NCBI GenBank assembly: GCA_904063045.1
Contig: CAJFCJ010000006.1
Coordinates: forward strand, 4,294,408-4,358,407
Reading direction: 5' to 3'
Source: Dimorphilus gyrociliatus
Lineage: Eukaryota; Animalia; Annelida
Length of the DNA stretch: 64,000 nucleotides
The notes beneath the pieces were generated by a model. The model saw only the letters and a list, made by a program, of their open reading frames with translations. It was not told the DNA's origin and made no database searches. The position numbers and the translations under genes are program-made. This document shows, piece after piece, positions 1-12,871 of this stretch (position 1 is the first letter of the stretch; every line of letters begins with the position of its first letter).

Positions 1-506
1 AATAGTTTACTGTATGATAAGTTGTGAACGTGTGTGTCTGTGTTTATATACTTATGAAAGAACTGATAATGAAGGTGATCTAAAAGTTCTAAAATTTGAG
101 TTTTAGGCCTACACAGGCACTTTTACTGGAAAAGTGGCATTTTGCCTGGTTTTTTCCCCCTCTTTTATGCTCGGTAGTAATAAAACTCAATTACCACTAC
201 TAATAACATATGCTTTTTAATCAATAAACCGATAGTATGTATGTAAACATACCATAAAGATTAAATTTTACTTTTACGGAACAGGAAATGGAATTGTACA
301 TTTGTTTACCGGTTTATAAAAAAAACCCTACAAAATATTGGCGGGTAATTGTACAGCATAATTTGTGTGCAACTTATCATAAAAATAGTGTTGTTTGACT
401 TAAAACAAGTATTTTAAGGCTCCATCAGTAAGCTTTTATTCAGATAAAAGATACGTATTGAAATATCTGGATAAAAAAGGGATTAGAATTGATCTCTACT
501 ACAATA

Positions 507-3500
507 ATGAGCGATAATCCAATACCTCCAAACTTTTTTCTTGCTGAAGTTCAAGCAGCTTGTAATGCTCTAGGTAAGATAATATATACTTTCCTGTTGT
601 CAATAGCATATTTACAATCTATTTAATTCGTAATAAAATAATTGCTTTTTATAAAATAATATAGGTTGTGCAGAAGAGGATGGGTATCACAAAGAACCTG
701 ATTGCTTGGAAACAGTAAAAGATCTCATTAGATTCTTGAAGCGTGAAAATGAGTATTGCGATGTTCGACGTTTTTTGGGAGAATGTCAAATTGTGCAAAC
801 AGATTTAATACCTATCATAAAATATAACAAAGGAGATAAAGAATTATTGGAAACTACTATAAGGCTTCTAGTAAATCTAACTCAACCAGCCGTAAGCTGT
901 TTTGATAATGAAGTAAGTAATTTCAAGTAGGAATGTAATTGATATTTACTGAAATAACTTTTTTTTCAGGTTCCAACACACAAAACGGTTTTAAAGTACT
1001 ATATAGAGGTACAATCTCACTTAAATCGATATAAAGAATCGTTTTGTGATGAGGCAGTAATGGCAATTTTGTCGGAGACACTTCAAGATATAATAAGCCT
1101 GGATTGGGAAAGTCAAAGAGAGAACGATCGTCTCTTGCTCGAGCGCATATTACTCCTGTTAAGAAACGTCTTACACATAGTTATAGATCATAAAACAGAT
1201 ATTCGCACGGATGACGACGCCAATATTCATGATCAACTTTTATGGGTTATGCACAAGAGTGGTATGGAAGATCTTCTATTGTATTTAGCTTCGGCAAATG
1301 AAGAAAGTTTCTGTATGCACGTTCTTGAAATCGTCTCACTTATGTTCAGGGAACAGAATGCCAAAGAATTAGCCACAGTTGGCGGAGATAAAAGTAAAAT
1401 TCATAAACGAAAAGAAGAGGAGGAATTGGCCAGACTTAGAATAACCGAAGAGGCTAAGAGAAAAGAGATGTTAGCGAAATTAGGATCGAGGCATAGTCGA
1501 TTTGCAGGAACAGTAATAATAAAAAATTTTAAATCTATCAGTGACAAAGATATGATACTTCATAAAAATATTAAGCATACAAAGGATATAAACTTTGATG
1601 CGCATAAAACTGCGAGAAGAGCACCTAAGAATAGAGCACCTATTAAAGATAGAGAAGTATCTAGGAGATCAACTTTAAGCATTCGATTATTTTTGAAGGA
1701 TTTCTGTTCGCAATTCTTAGAAAATGCTTACAATACACTTATGAGAAATGCCAATCATGCTCTCATGCGTTCAAAAGCTCAGGAGAACGATGATACATAC
1801 TTTCTTTGGGCAATGAGATTTTTTATGGAATTTTCAAGATGCGCGAATATGAAATTAGATTTCGTAAGCGAAACTATGAATATGTCAACATTTCACTACG
1901 TAGAAACTCATTTAATAAACTATCACGAAACAATAACCATTGATAAGAAAAACGCCATTCTATGGTCAAGAAGACTTCATTTGGCATTAAAAGCCTATCA
2001 AGAACTATTAAGGTATTTACAATAATTGATATAAGGCTAATGCAGCTATATAGTATCTATAAATATATATATATATATGTATAAAGTTATCTTGTGTGTT
2101 GATAGAACGCTTCATTGGATGTCATCATCATCGGACTTGGTAGTTAAAAGAAGCGCAAAAGTTATTAAAAGCAATATACTATACGTTCCTGAATTTCGAG
2201 ATGTGTTTGTAATGCTTTTACGAACTTTTGATGAAGCGAGACAATCAAGATCTTTCTTAAGAGATCTTATCGAATCATCTCATATTTTTCTTAAAATTCT
2301 AGAATCACACTGCAAAGGAAGTAATACTATAATGGTGGAACGTAAAAGAAAGAAGAAAAATAAGAAAAAGAAAATTGCAAAGAAGCCCGGCAAGAAAACG
2401 GAAGATGATTTATTTCGTATTTGGGAATCAATTAGTACTGACGTTGATGATTATTTAGCTTTAAAGATACCACTACCTGAAGAAGAAGTTCGAGTTTTCG
2501 ATCCAGCAAGTTCAATTGAACCTTCGGAGCAGAAGAAAGAGGCTATGTTAAGAATTAAGAATGCATTAATGGAGAAGGAAACTGGTACAGCAATCCTCTT
2601 GTGGAATACTGTTAAGGAATTTTGGCCTGAAGAGTTTGAAGGGGAAGAAAACGAGAATGAAGTTTTGAGGCAAATTCTAATGGCCGAGATAGAAGAAAGT
2701 GAAAATAGAGTTGAAAACGACGAGGAAGAAGACAACGAAGAGGATGTAGAAGATGTGATAGTAAGAGATGAAATAAACTTTGATTTTAAAGAATTTATAT
2801 CGAAGTTTGCTAATAGCAAGGTTAATCCATGTGAATTGATCATAAGTCAAATATTGAAAATCTAATCCTTTCAGGTCGTTAGGGCATATTCAATTCTATT
2901 AGGAGAATGGAGGGATAATTCAGCCGCTATAAATCACGCAATTTTAAAAATGCTACATAGAATAGCGTTTCAGTGTAATCTTCCTGGTCTTCTATTTCAT
3001 GCCCGAATTTTTCGTACATTTAATGAATTCTACATAAATGATTTATCAAAGAAGAGAGAATTCGATGAATTGAAAAATTTTGGTGTTCATATCATAAGAA
3101 AATTCGTCGACGCTGTTCAGAGGAATCCATCAATTCTTGTAAATTTCTTTTTTTGGAATAGTACCAATGATGCACTGGATATGATTGATGGCTTCACACC
3201 GAGGGATTCAAAGCGTAATAAGAAGGTTGCATGGACGGAAGAAGAAGAGGAACAATTGAAGAATATGTTTGAAAATCTTAAGGTTTTTTAATACTTTTAT
3301 TAACAATTGATTATCATTTAACTTTTAAAGGAAGAAGAAGAAGAAGAAAATGGTGAAGGAGGAGCTGCTGGAGATGATATCGTTGACAAACTTGTTCGAT
3401 TGCTACCGGGTAGGCCGAGAACAAGACGACAGATTATACGTCAACTAGTTCATCTAGGTCTTTTGCAAAGTGCTCGCGATTTAAAGAAAAAGAAAAAGGG

Positions 3501-4737
3501 CGGTAACGAATTAAGAAGGACTTGGAACGAAGATGAAGAAGAAGAGCTTCGTATGGCTTTTAACGAGTTTAAAGAGACTGATGACATTGTCGGGTGTATT
3601 CTCGACAGTTTGAAAGTAAAGAGATCAAAAGCGGCAGTAATAAATAAATTACTGAGCTTAGGCCTCATATCTGATAGAAAGGAAGTAAGAAGAAAGAAGA
3701 AAAAGAATAATTTCGTTTTAGAAAAAGAGCAAGATAACGAAGAAGACGAATTAGATGTTGACACTTTGGATGATATAATAACTTCTTATCAAAGAAAATC
3801 TCTGAATCCTGACATTGGTTTAGATTGGGTAATTTCTCTATTGACACGAGCTATTGATGACAGAGGCGATGGAGAAGATCAAGAAGCAACTGCTATCATT
3901 CCTCTAAAAGATGAAGATGAGGAATGCTTAGATGATCCACATTTTACGAGAATCTTAAAGAAAATTGGCTTTAGAAAACCAGATATGGTTCAAGAAAGAT
4001 ATTGGAGAATACCTGCTGACCTTTCTTGCGAATATCTTGAAGAGTGCTGCGATACTGTAAAGGTTAAAAAGGATGACTGTCCTGAAGATATTAACGTTGC
4101 TGACATATTAAAAGGCAGGCAGTTTTTAGATGATAGCTTTTCGGACACAGAGCCGTCCACGTTGGGTCGTGGACTATTTATTGGTGCTAGTGATGACGAG
4201 GGTGATGAAGAGGAGGAGGAGAGATTAAGAATTAGAGAGGAAATTGATTCTTTGTTACTTAATAAGACGCGACCCGCGTCAGAAACACTAGAGGATGTTA
4301 TTAAGGTCTATAAAAGTAGAACAAATGATTATTATCCTGGTTTAGACTGGGTTTCGACCTTCCTGAGAAAGGCTATCGATAGCAGAAAAGATTGCCTAAA
4401 TCCTGAATCTATGGCCGTTGTACCAATTAGAGAAGAAGAAGAAGAATATTTAGAAGATGAGAATTTTTCAAAAATTTTAAAGAAAATAGGTTTAAAACAA
4501 CCGGATTTAATTCAAGAGAGATACTGGAGAATTCCAGCAGAATTATCATTAGAATATCTGGAAGAAATCTCAGATACACTGCAAGCTGAGAAAAGCGCTG
4601 ACGAAGAAAACGAAGATATGGATTTTAGTGAAATGATAAGAAAACGAAGAATAGGTGAAGATAGCGATTCGGATGTTGAAACATTTTCAGTGAAAAGGAA
4701 AAAATTAATATTAGACGATGATGATGACGACGATTAG
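507..4737 (+). CDS. TIMELESS: TIMELESS / timeout (tim-2, replisome fork-protection protein), 6 exons, about 1295 aa
   Basis: Exons 507-573, 665-912, 970-2012, 2106-2820, 2875-3282 and 3331-4737, all GT-AG, sum to 3888 nt in frame. N-terminal ACNALG-x-YHKEPDCLETVKDLIRFL, Myb-like WTEEEE/WNEDEEEE repeats and C-terminal QERYWRIP PARP-binding motifs match TIMELESS. Confidence 0.95.
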
Positions 4738-5792
4738 TTAATTATCTAGTTTTTATTATAACATTAATAAATTAATCAATAAAAGAAGCACTTAAATTTT
4801 CCAACTACTTCTTTTTACTATTCTGCAATCTGCAAATTGTAATTTAATCATTAAATGAACTTGTACTTGAATCATTGGTTAACGTCTTCTGTACTTTTCC
4901 TTTATTTTCTCTATAAATATACAATAATATAGGCTTTTGTTGTAAATCGAGAACTTTTCATGGCTATTTTCGTTTAAAAAAGGCACATATAGAGTATTTT
5001 CAGATAGAAAAGGAACCCGGAGTACTTTTTCTTGTCAAAATACATCTGGTAGTTAAAAAACGAAAGAGAATGTATAAAGTATACATAAAATTGAAAACTA
5101 TATACAATTGGCTAAAGACGAACAATACAAAATAAATCTAAATAACATCTGATAACGAAGATTTTAATACTTTGTATAAGATAAATACATTCTAGGTTGT
5201 TTTTCAACCAAAGGACAATTTGTAATTGGAACAAATAGGAATAGAACCAAACAAGTTGTACTTGCTCTTTCTATATACTGTTTTTATATGTATTGGAAAG
5301 AGAAAGATGACAACAATAATAAATATTACATTAATAATAATTTATTGAGAATCTATGTTTTTTGATTTCTCTATAAATAAACTATTAATCGATACTGGGG
5401 CTATTAGTTTAACGTGACTACTCTGTACAAAAGAAATAAATTGAGAGAGGAAGGGAACCTGGATATCTTATTGCCTTAGTAAATATAAACGAATAAATAA
5501 GTATGCAGTGGCCATCTTGGGTTAAAAAAAATAAAAAACAAGAAGCTATTTAATGCAAAAAAGTATTGTGAATTAAGTCATGTTATTGGCGCTTATTTTA
5601 GCAAACGTGATTTGAATGTTGTTTACTACATATGATTGTACTCATGTAAGTGGAGTAAATAAATCACTGTCTCTTTACTTATTTAAATAATGTTACTCTA
5701 GTTTCATATAAATCTCATTCATATGTTAGGAGAAACAAACCGATTCCAACGTATTTTATTTTAATGCTATTATGTATTCTCTTCAGATTTCG

Positions 5793-5807
5793 CAATAGAT
5801 GGCGCCA
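5793..5807 (+). promoter_or_regulatory. CTCF-like motif (CAATAGATGGCGCCA)
   Basis: Resembles the CTCF core CCACYAGRKGGCGC; lies between the convergent TIMELESS and furin 3' ends. Confidence 0.45.
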
Positions 5808-6077
5808 TATATTTTTCCTCTTTCTTTCAAACTTGTTTATTGACCTCGCAAATTTTGCCATGTTTCTTCCCTCAGGCAACTGAGCAATTGAAACAACTTA
5901 CAAGAAGGCATTAATATCTTATTACTAGAACATTTATTTACCAAATTGAATTTATTACCCTCTTCTTCATTGAAAAGAGACTGAAAACAGGTTTAATAGT
6001 GTGTTATTATAATAAATAAAACATTGTATATCATTTTGTGTGACTTTCTTGTTTGCCAATAGAATGAATAAGCAGAA

Positions 6078-6101
6078 ATATATATATATATATATATATA
6101 T
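6078..6101. repeat. (AT)n microsatellite
   Basis: Directly visible. Confidence 0.9.
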
Positions 6102-7391
6102 TTTTACAATACGCTGTATATATTGTATATAAACTACAAAACAAACAAAAATTGTCAACATAATAGATTCACTAAACAATTGTCCAAAGACTTTTTTTTT
6201 CTTAGAAAGCTATTATATCTTAATTGAAAAATATAAGCGGAAAAAAAATGTTTTAACCTAAATTTTTATGATTTTTCTTTTTTTCTCTTCTTCTTCTTCC
6301 CTATCTCTTTCTTATTTTTAAATTAATTGCAATTTTTTTTATCAGTTTGTAAAAAAAGAAATAAGAGATAAAAAACAAATATAAAATATCTTTTTGGTGC
6401 AAAAAAACAAATTCGTTTCTTTTTTTATTTTCGGCTATTTGTTACTGTTTTTTGGCTGTTTGTACCTTCTTTTTTTTTCACACCTATTTTTCAAATAAAA
6501 TAAGAGCAATAATAATAAAAAAAAGCCTTTCTTCATCTTATCATCTATCGTTTGTGTTGTTTCGCATCTACAAATTAACACTAAAAAAAGAAAAAAAAAA
6601 GCACCGTAAAATTTGTTTTTAGGATTCGATTGCTTTTGGTTTGTTTGTTTTTTGATTCTGTTCAGTTTTCTCTCTTCTTCTTTTTTTTGGGAGTAGAATA
6701 TACAAGAAAAAAGTGGAGCTTTTAGGGGAAGAGAGAGGATGAGGAGGATGCGGAGTAAAAGGTTAATTAGCGTATTACGTACTACATGTTTAGTATATGG
6801 TTGTTTACTTAACAAGAATAAAAAAAACACAAAAAATAGATGGAAGTAGATAAAATGATGGGAAAAACAAGTAGACCTGATTGTTTTGTACTAGAAAAAA
6901 AACAACAGATTAAGAAAAGGGTACACAGGGTTGTAGAGTGGGAAAATGAAAAGAGAATTTTATAAAGATATATATATATATTTATACACTGTATAAATTA
7001 TTAAGAACTGTTTTTTTCCCTTTTCATTCTTACATCTACAGCCAATGAAAAATTTCCTATAGAATGAATTATTTGAAAAAAAAATTATAATAATAAAGAG
7101 GGATTTAAAAGAAAAAAAGATTAAAAAGAAAAGAACAACTAAAAATGTATCTGTGAATATGACAGTAAGCTTCTCTGTAATTATTTTGTTATTTGTCTTT
7201 CTTTTTTTTTTTTAGTTAAGTATATGAACGGTTTAAGGGTTAGGGAAGAAAATAAGGGAAAATAGGAGTGGGCGGAAAGCGAGGTTAGGGGAAGTTAAAC
7301 GATTCGCACTTTTTTCGTTTTGCGTTCTATACGTAACATATTTTTTCGTTCAGGAAAAAAAAGAGAACAAAGAAAGCGCTGAGTATTCGAG

Positions 7392-10300
7392 TCAGATGTG
7401 AAAACAGAGACTAATTAATATTACTAAATTGACTAGAAGCGTCGATGGGCGTATAAAGGCTACAGACCCAATTGCTAAAATTTTTGGTGATCTTGTAGGA
7501 TAACGAATAAACGTTTCCGGTTGATTGTCTGTTAATGATAATTATGCCAATTATAATTAGGAGCCGGATTAATTTATAAAATAAAGCCCTTACTTAATAT
7601 AGGAAAATCATAATGTCTATGGCGGTGCTTTCTTCTGGCTTCCTTGTGTCTAGGTCTTCTTTGTACAGCATGATAAGGATGACGATTAGTCCCGTATAAA
7701 ACTAAGGTCCAGCTCTCGAGTACTGCTGGAAGAGCATCGTTTCCAGCTTCTATTGAAAGACTCCAACGTCCTTGGGCCCGTTCACCCCAAAAACTTACAG
7801 TCATAAAAGGCCAATCATTAAAGCCTACTTTTGATTTGTCTTTTCGACGTTTAGGCAAAATAATACTCTGAGTTCCGCTAGGTGAACTTAATTTAATTGA
7901 AATGTTCCCTCGGCAGTTGGACGATAATGTTATTCTACATTGGACGTGTTCCAAATAGGCAGTTTCATTCCTCGATCCTGCACAAGCTGACGTTTCCATA
8001 GTTATCTCAGTCTTAGAATCGAGGGTGACACCTGCCTTAACTAAATCATCGGAAATTACACAAATAGTCTGTTCCGGTATGGTCGACCAATTCGCTGCCT
8101 TTTTGACCATATCATGTGCATTCATTAGGCCAAATCCAAAATAAGGAGAATACTCCCTGCCAGCAGCATTTCTTTTCCAGCACTCCCTTTTGTTATAATT
8201 TTTCGGACATTTAAGACTACCCCTCTGTGAAGTTAAAACAACAAGATGCTGTACATCACGCCAGCTTAGCTCGCCATTCGCCTGTAATGCGAGAGCAACT
8301 ATACCAGCAGCCAATGGAGCTGAAGCAGACGTTCCAGTATGTGTTTCTGTACATGTTTGACGAAGATCTGTGGTAATTATCTGTAAATTTCTAGAATCTC
8401 CCGAACTGAACGTGGACGCCAGCGTCGAACTGCATGGTTCGGAATAAAAAGGGACACGACCTTCCTGAGTAGCTGACGATATAGATAACGTATAAATAGA
8501 ATTTGTATATCCATCGCAAGCACAACTGTCGTGGACTTTACCCCCATTACCGGACGCCCAAACATAGATAGATCCTAGACCTCGCCTACCGTGAGTGACG
8601 CCTTTTAATAGTGTTTCCTGCGTCAATCTTGCTGGACCGTCGACAGTAACACCATCGTCGTCTGGTCCCCAAGAGATGCTATAGATATCAATGTAGTCTC
8701 TCCTAAAACCAAGAGCTCTCGACTCAACTTGATCAGTAACGTCACCGTCTAGCATTCGAACACCGCCAATTCGGGCGTTGTAAGCAACGCCTAGTCCACA
8801 TTCGCCATTATTAGCTTTGGCAGCCACTTCCCCAGCACATCTGCCGAAAGGGACAACAAAAAATAGACAATTATAAATCGTTTTCTTTGACAAGGTCATT
8901 AAAAAAATATTGCGCACTTAAATAAATTAGACGCTTCAACTATTACTCGATTAGTCTAGATTAACGGCGGGTGGAAAAGGGGATAAAAAGGGCGTGTTCT
9001 ATCTATTTTAGTGAGGAGAACGTAAGCAATTCCGAAGAGGTAAGAATAACAAAATTTTATCACTACGTCAGCCTTATAAAAAGAAACTATAGCGTGAATC
9101 CGATAGTCGTTATCTCTTAATATACACAAACTGTTCCCTTACTATTTTACATTATCTAATTTAACCCGCCCTCCTCCCTTTCCTAGAATAACATAATCAA
9201 GATCAATTCTTAACCTGGTTCCATGTCTATTAGTATTACTACGGTCCAGCTGAGGTTGAGGGTCATCGTCTTCGCTATTTACATCGTAACTTGCCAAAGG
9301 ATCATAATTTTCTTTTAAATCCGGATGATTTCTTTCTATTCCGTCGTCCAAAATTGTAACTACAACTCCTCTTCCAGTGTAACCTAATGCCCAGGCACCC
9401 TGAATATTCATATCGTTTCTAGCAGTTATCTGTGGGGTAAAATCCATATTTAGCATTTAATTAACAATAAAAGGATTATAATTATTCTATTCGTCACGTA
9501 CATCAGAGTGCAGATACCACATTCGTTCCCATTTTGGATCGTTAAAACCATCATAACGCGCTGACGTTTGCCTAAGACGTTTTCTCCTTTTTCTCTTTGA
9601 TCGCTTTACCCTTATCTTTGGTTGCTGAGCCTCAGCCCACAAAACGTCTGGTTCTAGAAATAACATATCCAAAGGATTTGATGACCGGGTCGAACGTCTG
9701 AAATTTCTTTTCGTTCTAAACGTGTAGAAGTCATCGAATAGCTAAACAATTAAAAAATAAATAAACATCAATTAACGTTATTAATTATCCTTATTTACTT
9801 AAAAAATAAAATAAACACAATGATTTCACTATCAAATAATCTCTCTAATCATTTATCTTTAGTAATATCTTGAAAGAAAAACAGATAAATTAGTCGTCAA
9901 AGTTGATGAGATAAGATTTAAAAATGAAAAAATAGTTCTGATTAGGGTAAGTTTTTGTTTTTTATCTAACTTAAAACAGGTGAATAAAATATGATCGATA
10001 AATAGACGATGGGGAATTACATTACAAGTTCGTATACTAAACTTTCAGAACAAAACTATAAAGCATACTCGATAAATGAGAATAGAATTTCCGTATCATA
10101 CATCGATTGTTAATCAAGTACAAAAATATTTATAAATATCGTAAGGGAATAATAACAAGCCTTAAATAAAGTAGTTTTTCAAAGGTGATAATAAAATTGA
10201 TGATCATCATATGATCTTTGCCTAGAAAGTTTTATTTACCAAATGTTACACTAGAATTTTATACATCATCAATCGCCCTTACAGACGTGTAATAGAGAGC

Positions 10301-10553
10301 TTTTTGAGACGTATAAACTCACTTATGCACCGCAAACAGTCAGAATGTTCCTAATCACTGCCAAAGTTTAAAATCTACGTAATCTAAAACAGAAAAACCT
10401 TACGTTTCTAACATAGATAAATCCACATCTTCTAGCCAAATTTCTGGCAATTTTTTCACCACCTTTTATCTCTACTGCATATTCTTCTGTCGATCTCTTC
10501 CTTTTATCACATTTCAACACGAAAAATAACGTCATTAGCACCAAAAATCGCAT
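7392..10553 (-). CDS. Furin-like proprotein convertase (subtilisin/kexin S8B plus P domain), 5 exons, about 662 aa
   Basis: Exons 10553-10404, 9741-9502, 9429-9215, 8840-7594 and 7528-7392 sum to 1989 nt in frame. Signal peptide, prodomain ending RVKR, catalytic ILDDG, HGTRCAGE, SGNGG and GTSASAP motifs, and a P domain are present. Exon 5 is inferred; the unspliced form stops at 7574. Confidence 0.92.
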
Positions 10554-10914
10554 AATTTCTTAACGAGCTTATCTCGACCCGGAAATGCAACAACAAAGTA
10601 TGTTTTGAGTAAAAGGATGCCGTGATGAATCAGCCCATGCAAACCATCTAGAGAAAGAGGAAAGGCACTGCAGTTTATAGCAAATCAATTACTTTCCTAT
10701 CAATTCTCGGTATTATCGCCCATATCTCTCTTTGCTTGATCAATTTAGCTAAAGCAGTCTGACGCTAGTCCTCGAGAAAAAGAATTGCTAATAATTCAGA
10801 GGAGAAATTGGAATGTTTTGATTCTTTTTCCGTTTCGTAGACGTCAAAATATTCGTTGAAACACAAACATACACTGCTGCTCCTTTCTTGTTGGTGTTAT
10901 GTTTATACTGTAGT

Positions 10915-10981
10915 GGGCGGGGCGCCATCTGACAGGCCGATTTTTCTTAATAGTATTAATCATTTGGCACCAGATGTCGCG
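10915..10981. promoter_or_regulatory. GC box plus a divergent pair of CTCF-like motifs in the furin/BCS1L bidirectional region
   Basis: GGGCGGGG at about 10915-10922; CTGTCAGATGGCGCC on the minus strand at 10921-10935; GCACCAGATGTCGCG on the plus strand at 10967-10981. Confidence 0.5.
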
Positions 10982-11368
10982 GTTCTCTTCAATAATATAA
11001 TTAACGCCATCAAACGGCAAGAATTATTTCTACTTTCAAAAGTAAAAAAAATCAATTTTATATTTTAAATCTTAGTATAAAACTAATCAAACATGAGATA
11101 AAAATCTTCTTCGTCCATTTCTTCTAATATTTCCAACTTTTTTAAGTTCATAGCTATATGTTCCCTTTTCTATCAAACTGTTGAAGGCTACTGTGACATT
11201 TCCTGACCTTTTAAACAGCAAATTTTATCGAATTATATGATTAAATAATTATTTCAGCTATGTGGTCGATATTTATGACCATTTCATAATATATTAGATG
11301 CTTCGTTAAAAAATATCAGGGAAAAGCCTGAAGTCTACTAATAAAATTTGAGCGAAAATAGGGAAGGC

Positions 11369-12329
11369 ATGGGATTTTCTGATTTTGTTGCCGCTTTGAA
11401 GGATAATCCATACTTCGGTGCAGGCTTTGGATTAGTTGGAGTGGGGGCTGGATTAACAGTACTTCGGAAAGGAGCGCAAGTAATAATAAGTTATCTCGTG
11501 GAGAAATAGATATTAATTTTTCAATTACAGGTTGGTATGGTCTACTTTCGCCGACATTGTATGATGACCCTAGAGGTTTCTAGCAGGGATAAAAGTTATA
11601 ATTGGCTACTAAATTGGATATCTAATCAGGGAGTTAGAATGCAACACTTAAGCGTACAAACAACTTATTTACAAAATGAAACTGGTAAAATAAGTACAGC
11701 TTTCGATTTTGTTCCAAGTCCTGGAACTCATTTCTTAAAATATAACGGAACCTGGATGAGAGTAGAAAGAAATCGAGAAAAACAAATGATGGACTTTCAT
11801 AGTGGTTCACCCTTTGAAACTGTTACTCTCACTGCCTTTGGAAGAGATAGAACGGTCTATTTTGACTTAATGGAAGAAGCTCGTCAGAAAGCTCTGCACG
11901 AACTTGAAGGCATGACCGTTATGTATACCGGTGTTGGTGCTGAGTGGCGGCAATTTGGATATCCAAGGAAACGTAGGCCTATTTCAAGTGTCGTATTGGG
12001 AGAAGGTATTGCAGAGAGTATAGTGAAGGATGTGAATGACTTTATTTGCAGCTCGAGTTGGTATACAGGGAGAGGTATTCCATATAGAAGAGGCTATTTA
12101 TTATATGGTCCACCTGGGTGCGGAAAGTCCAGTTTTATAACAGCCTTAGCGGGACATTTTGAATACGCTATATGCCTTTTAAATTTAAGTGAAAAAGGTC
12201 TATCAGATGACAGACTAAATCATCTGCTAAGCGTAGCCCCACAGCAGAGTATTATCCTTCTCGAAGATGTAGATGCAGCTTTTGCAAGTAGAGACCTTCA
12301 GAAAGAAAGTAAATAAATAAATACATACA

Positions 12330-12360
<31 letters not shown>

Positions 12361-12836
12361 TAAAAAAAATTCATGTACAGTATATAACATATATATTTTT
12401 TGTTTGAAGATAGAACAGTTTATGAAGGAATGGGAAGATTGACTTTTAGTGGTCTATTAAACGCACTGGACGGTGTTGCCTCTTCAGAAGGAAGAATTGT
12501 ATTTATGACAACAAACTATCTTGATCGGTTAAATTAATGTTACAATGTCAAATCATAAATAATCCGTATATTTGTTGTAGACTCGACCCGGCACTTATTC
12601 GACCAGGACGTGTTGATATGAAGTTATTGATTGATCATTGTTCACAAATGCAATTGGAAAAAATGTACTTAAATTTCTATCCGGATGAACCTAAAGAGAG
12701 TGCAGTGGAATTTGCCTCTTTAGCATTATCTCACAACAAACCAATTAGTCCAGCTATGGTACAAGGTTTATTTATGCTGCATAAACATTCACCGAACTTA
12801 GTTATAAAAAATACACAGAAACTGTTTAATTTTTGA
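11369..12836 (+). CDS. BCS1L: Mitochondrial chaperone BCS1 (AAA ATPase), 4 exons, 420 aa
   Basis: Exons 11369-11479, 11531-12308, 12410-12527 and 12581-12836. [18 protein letters not shown]-terminus, Walker A GPPGCGKS, Walker B LLEDVD and [13 protein letters not shown] are present. Confidence 0.97.
12331..12358. repeat. (TA)n microsatellite in BCS1L intron 2
   Basis: Directly visible. Confidence 0.9.
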
Positions 12837-12871
12837 CAAAGGCATAGTGCAAGTATTTTTTCAAGTAAGAT

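Noticed and set aside
200-255. ATG|GTATGT on the minus strand, suggesting a divergent gene leaving the window
   Set aside because: No downstream exon could be identified with confidence in the remaining 250 bp.
2451-3847. Antisense ORFs over TIMELESS, and similar ones over CCAR1, TOP3B, URB1 and perilipin
   Set aside because: These are Ser/Phe/Leu-rich shadow frames produced by the antisense of Glu/Lys-rich coding sequence.
5715-5861. Basic 48-aa minus-strand sORF, possibly a distal furin exon
   Set aside because: No convincing in-frame donor from furin exon 5 and no recognisable motif; the CTCF-like site explains its GC content.
5967-6830. ORFs of 70 and 131 aa in the TIMELESS-furin gap
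   Set aside because: They derive from poly-A/T and (AT)n low-complexity sequence, with no splice context or motifs.
8925-8990. Pyrimidine tract plus AG and a 9-nt potential microexon in furin intron 3
   Set aside because: Inclusion would interrupt the catalytic HGTRCAGE motif, and there is no other support.
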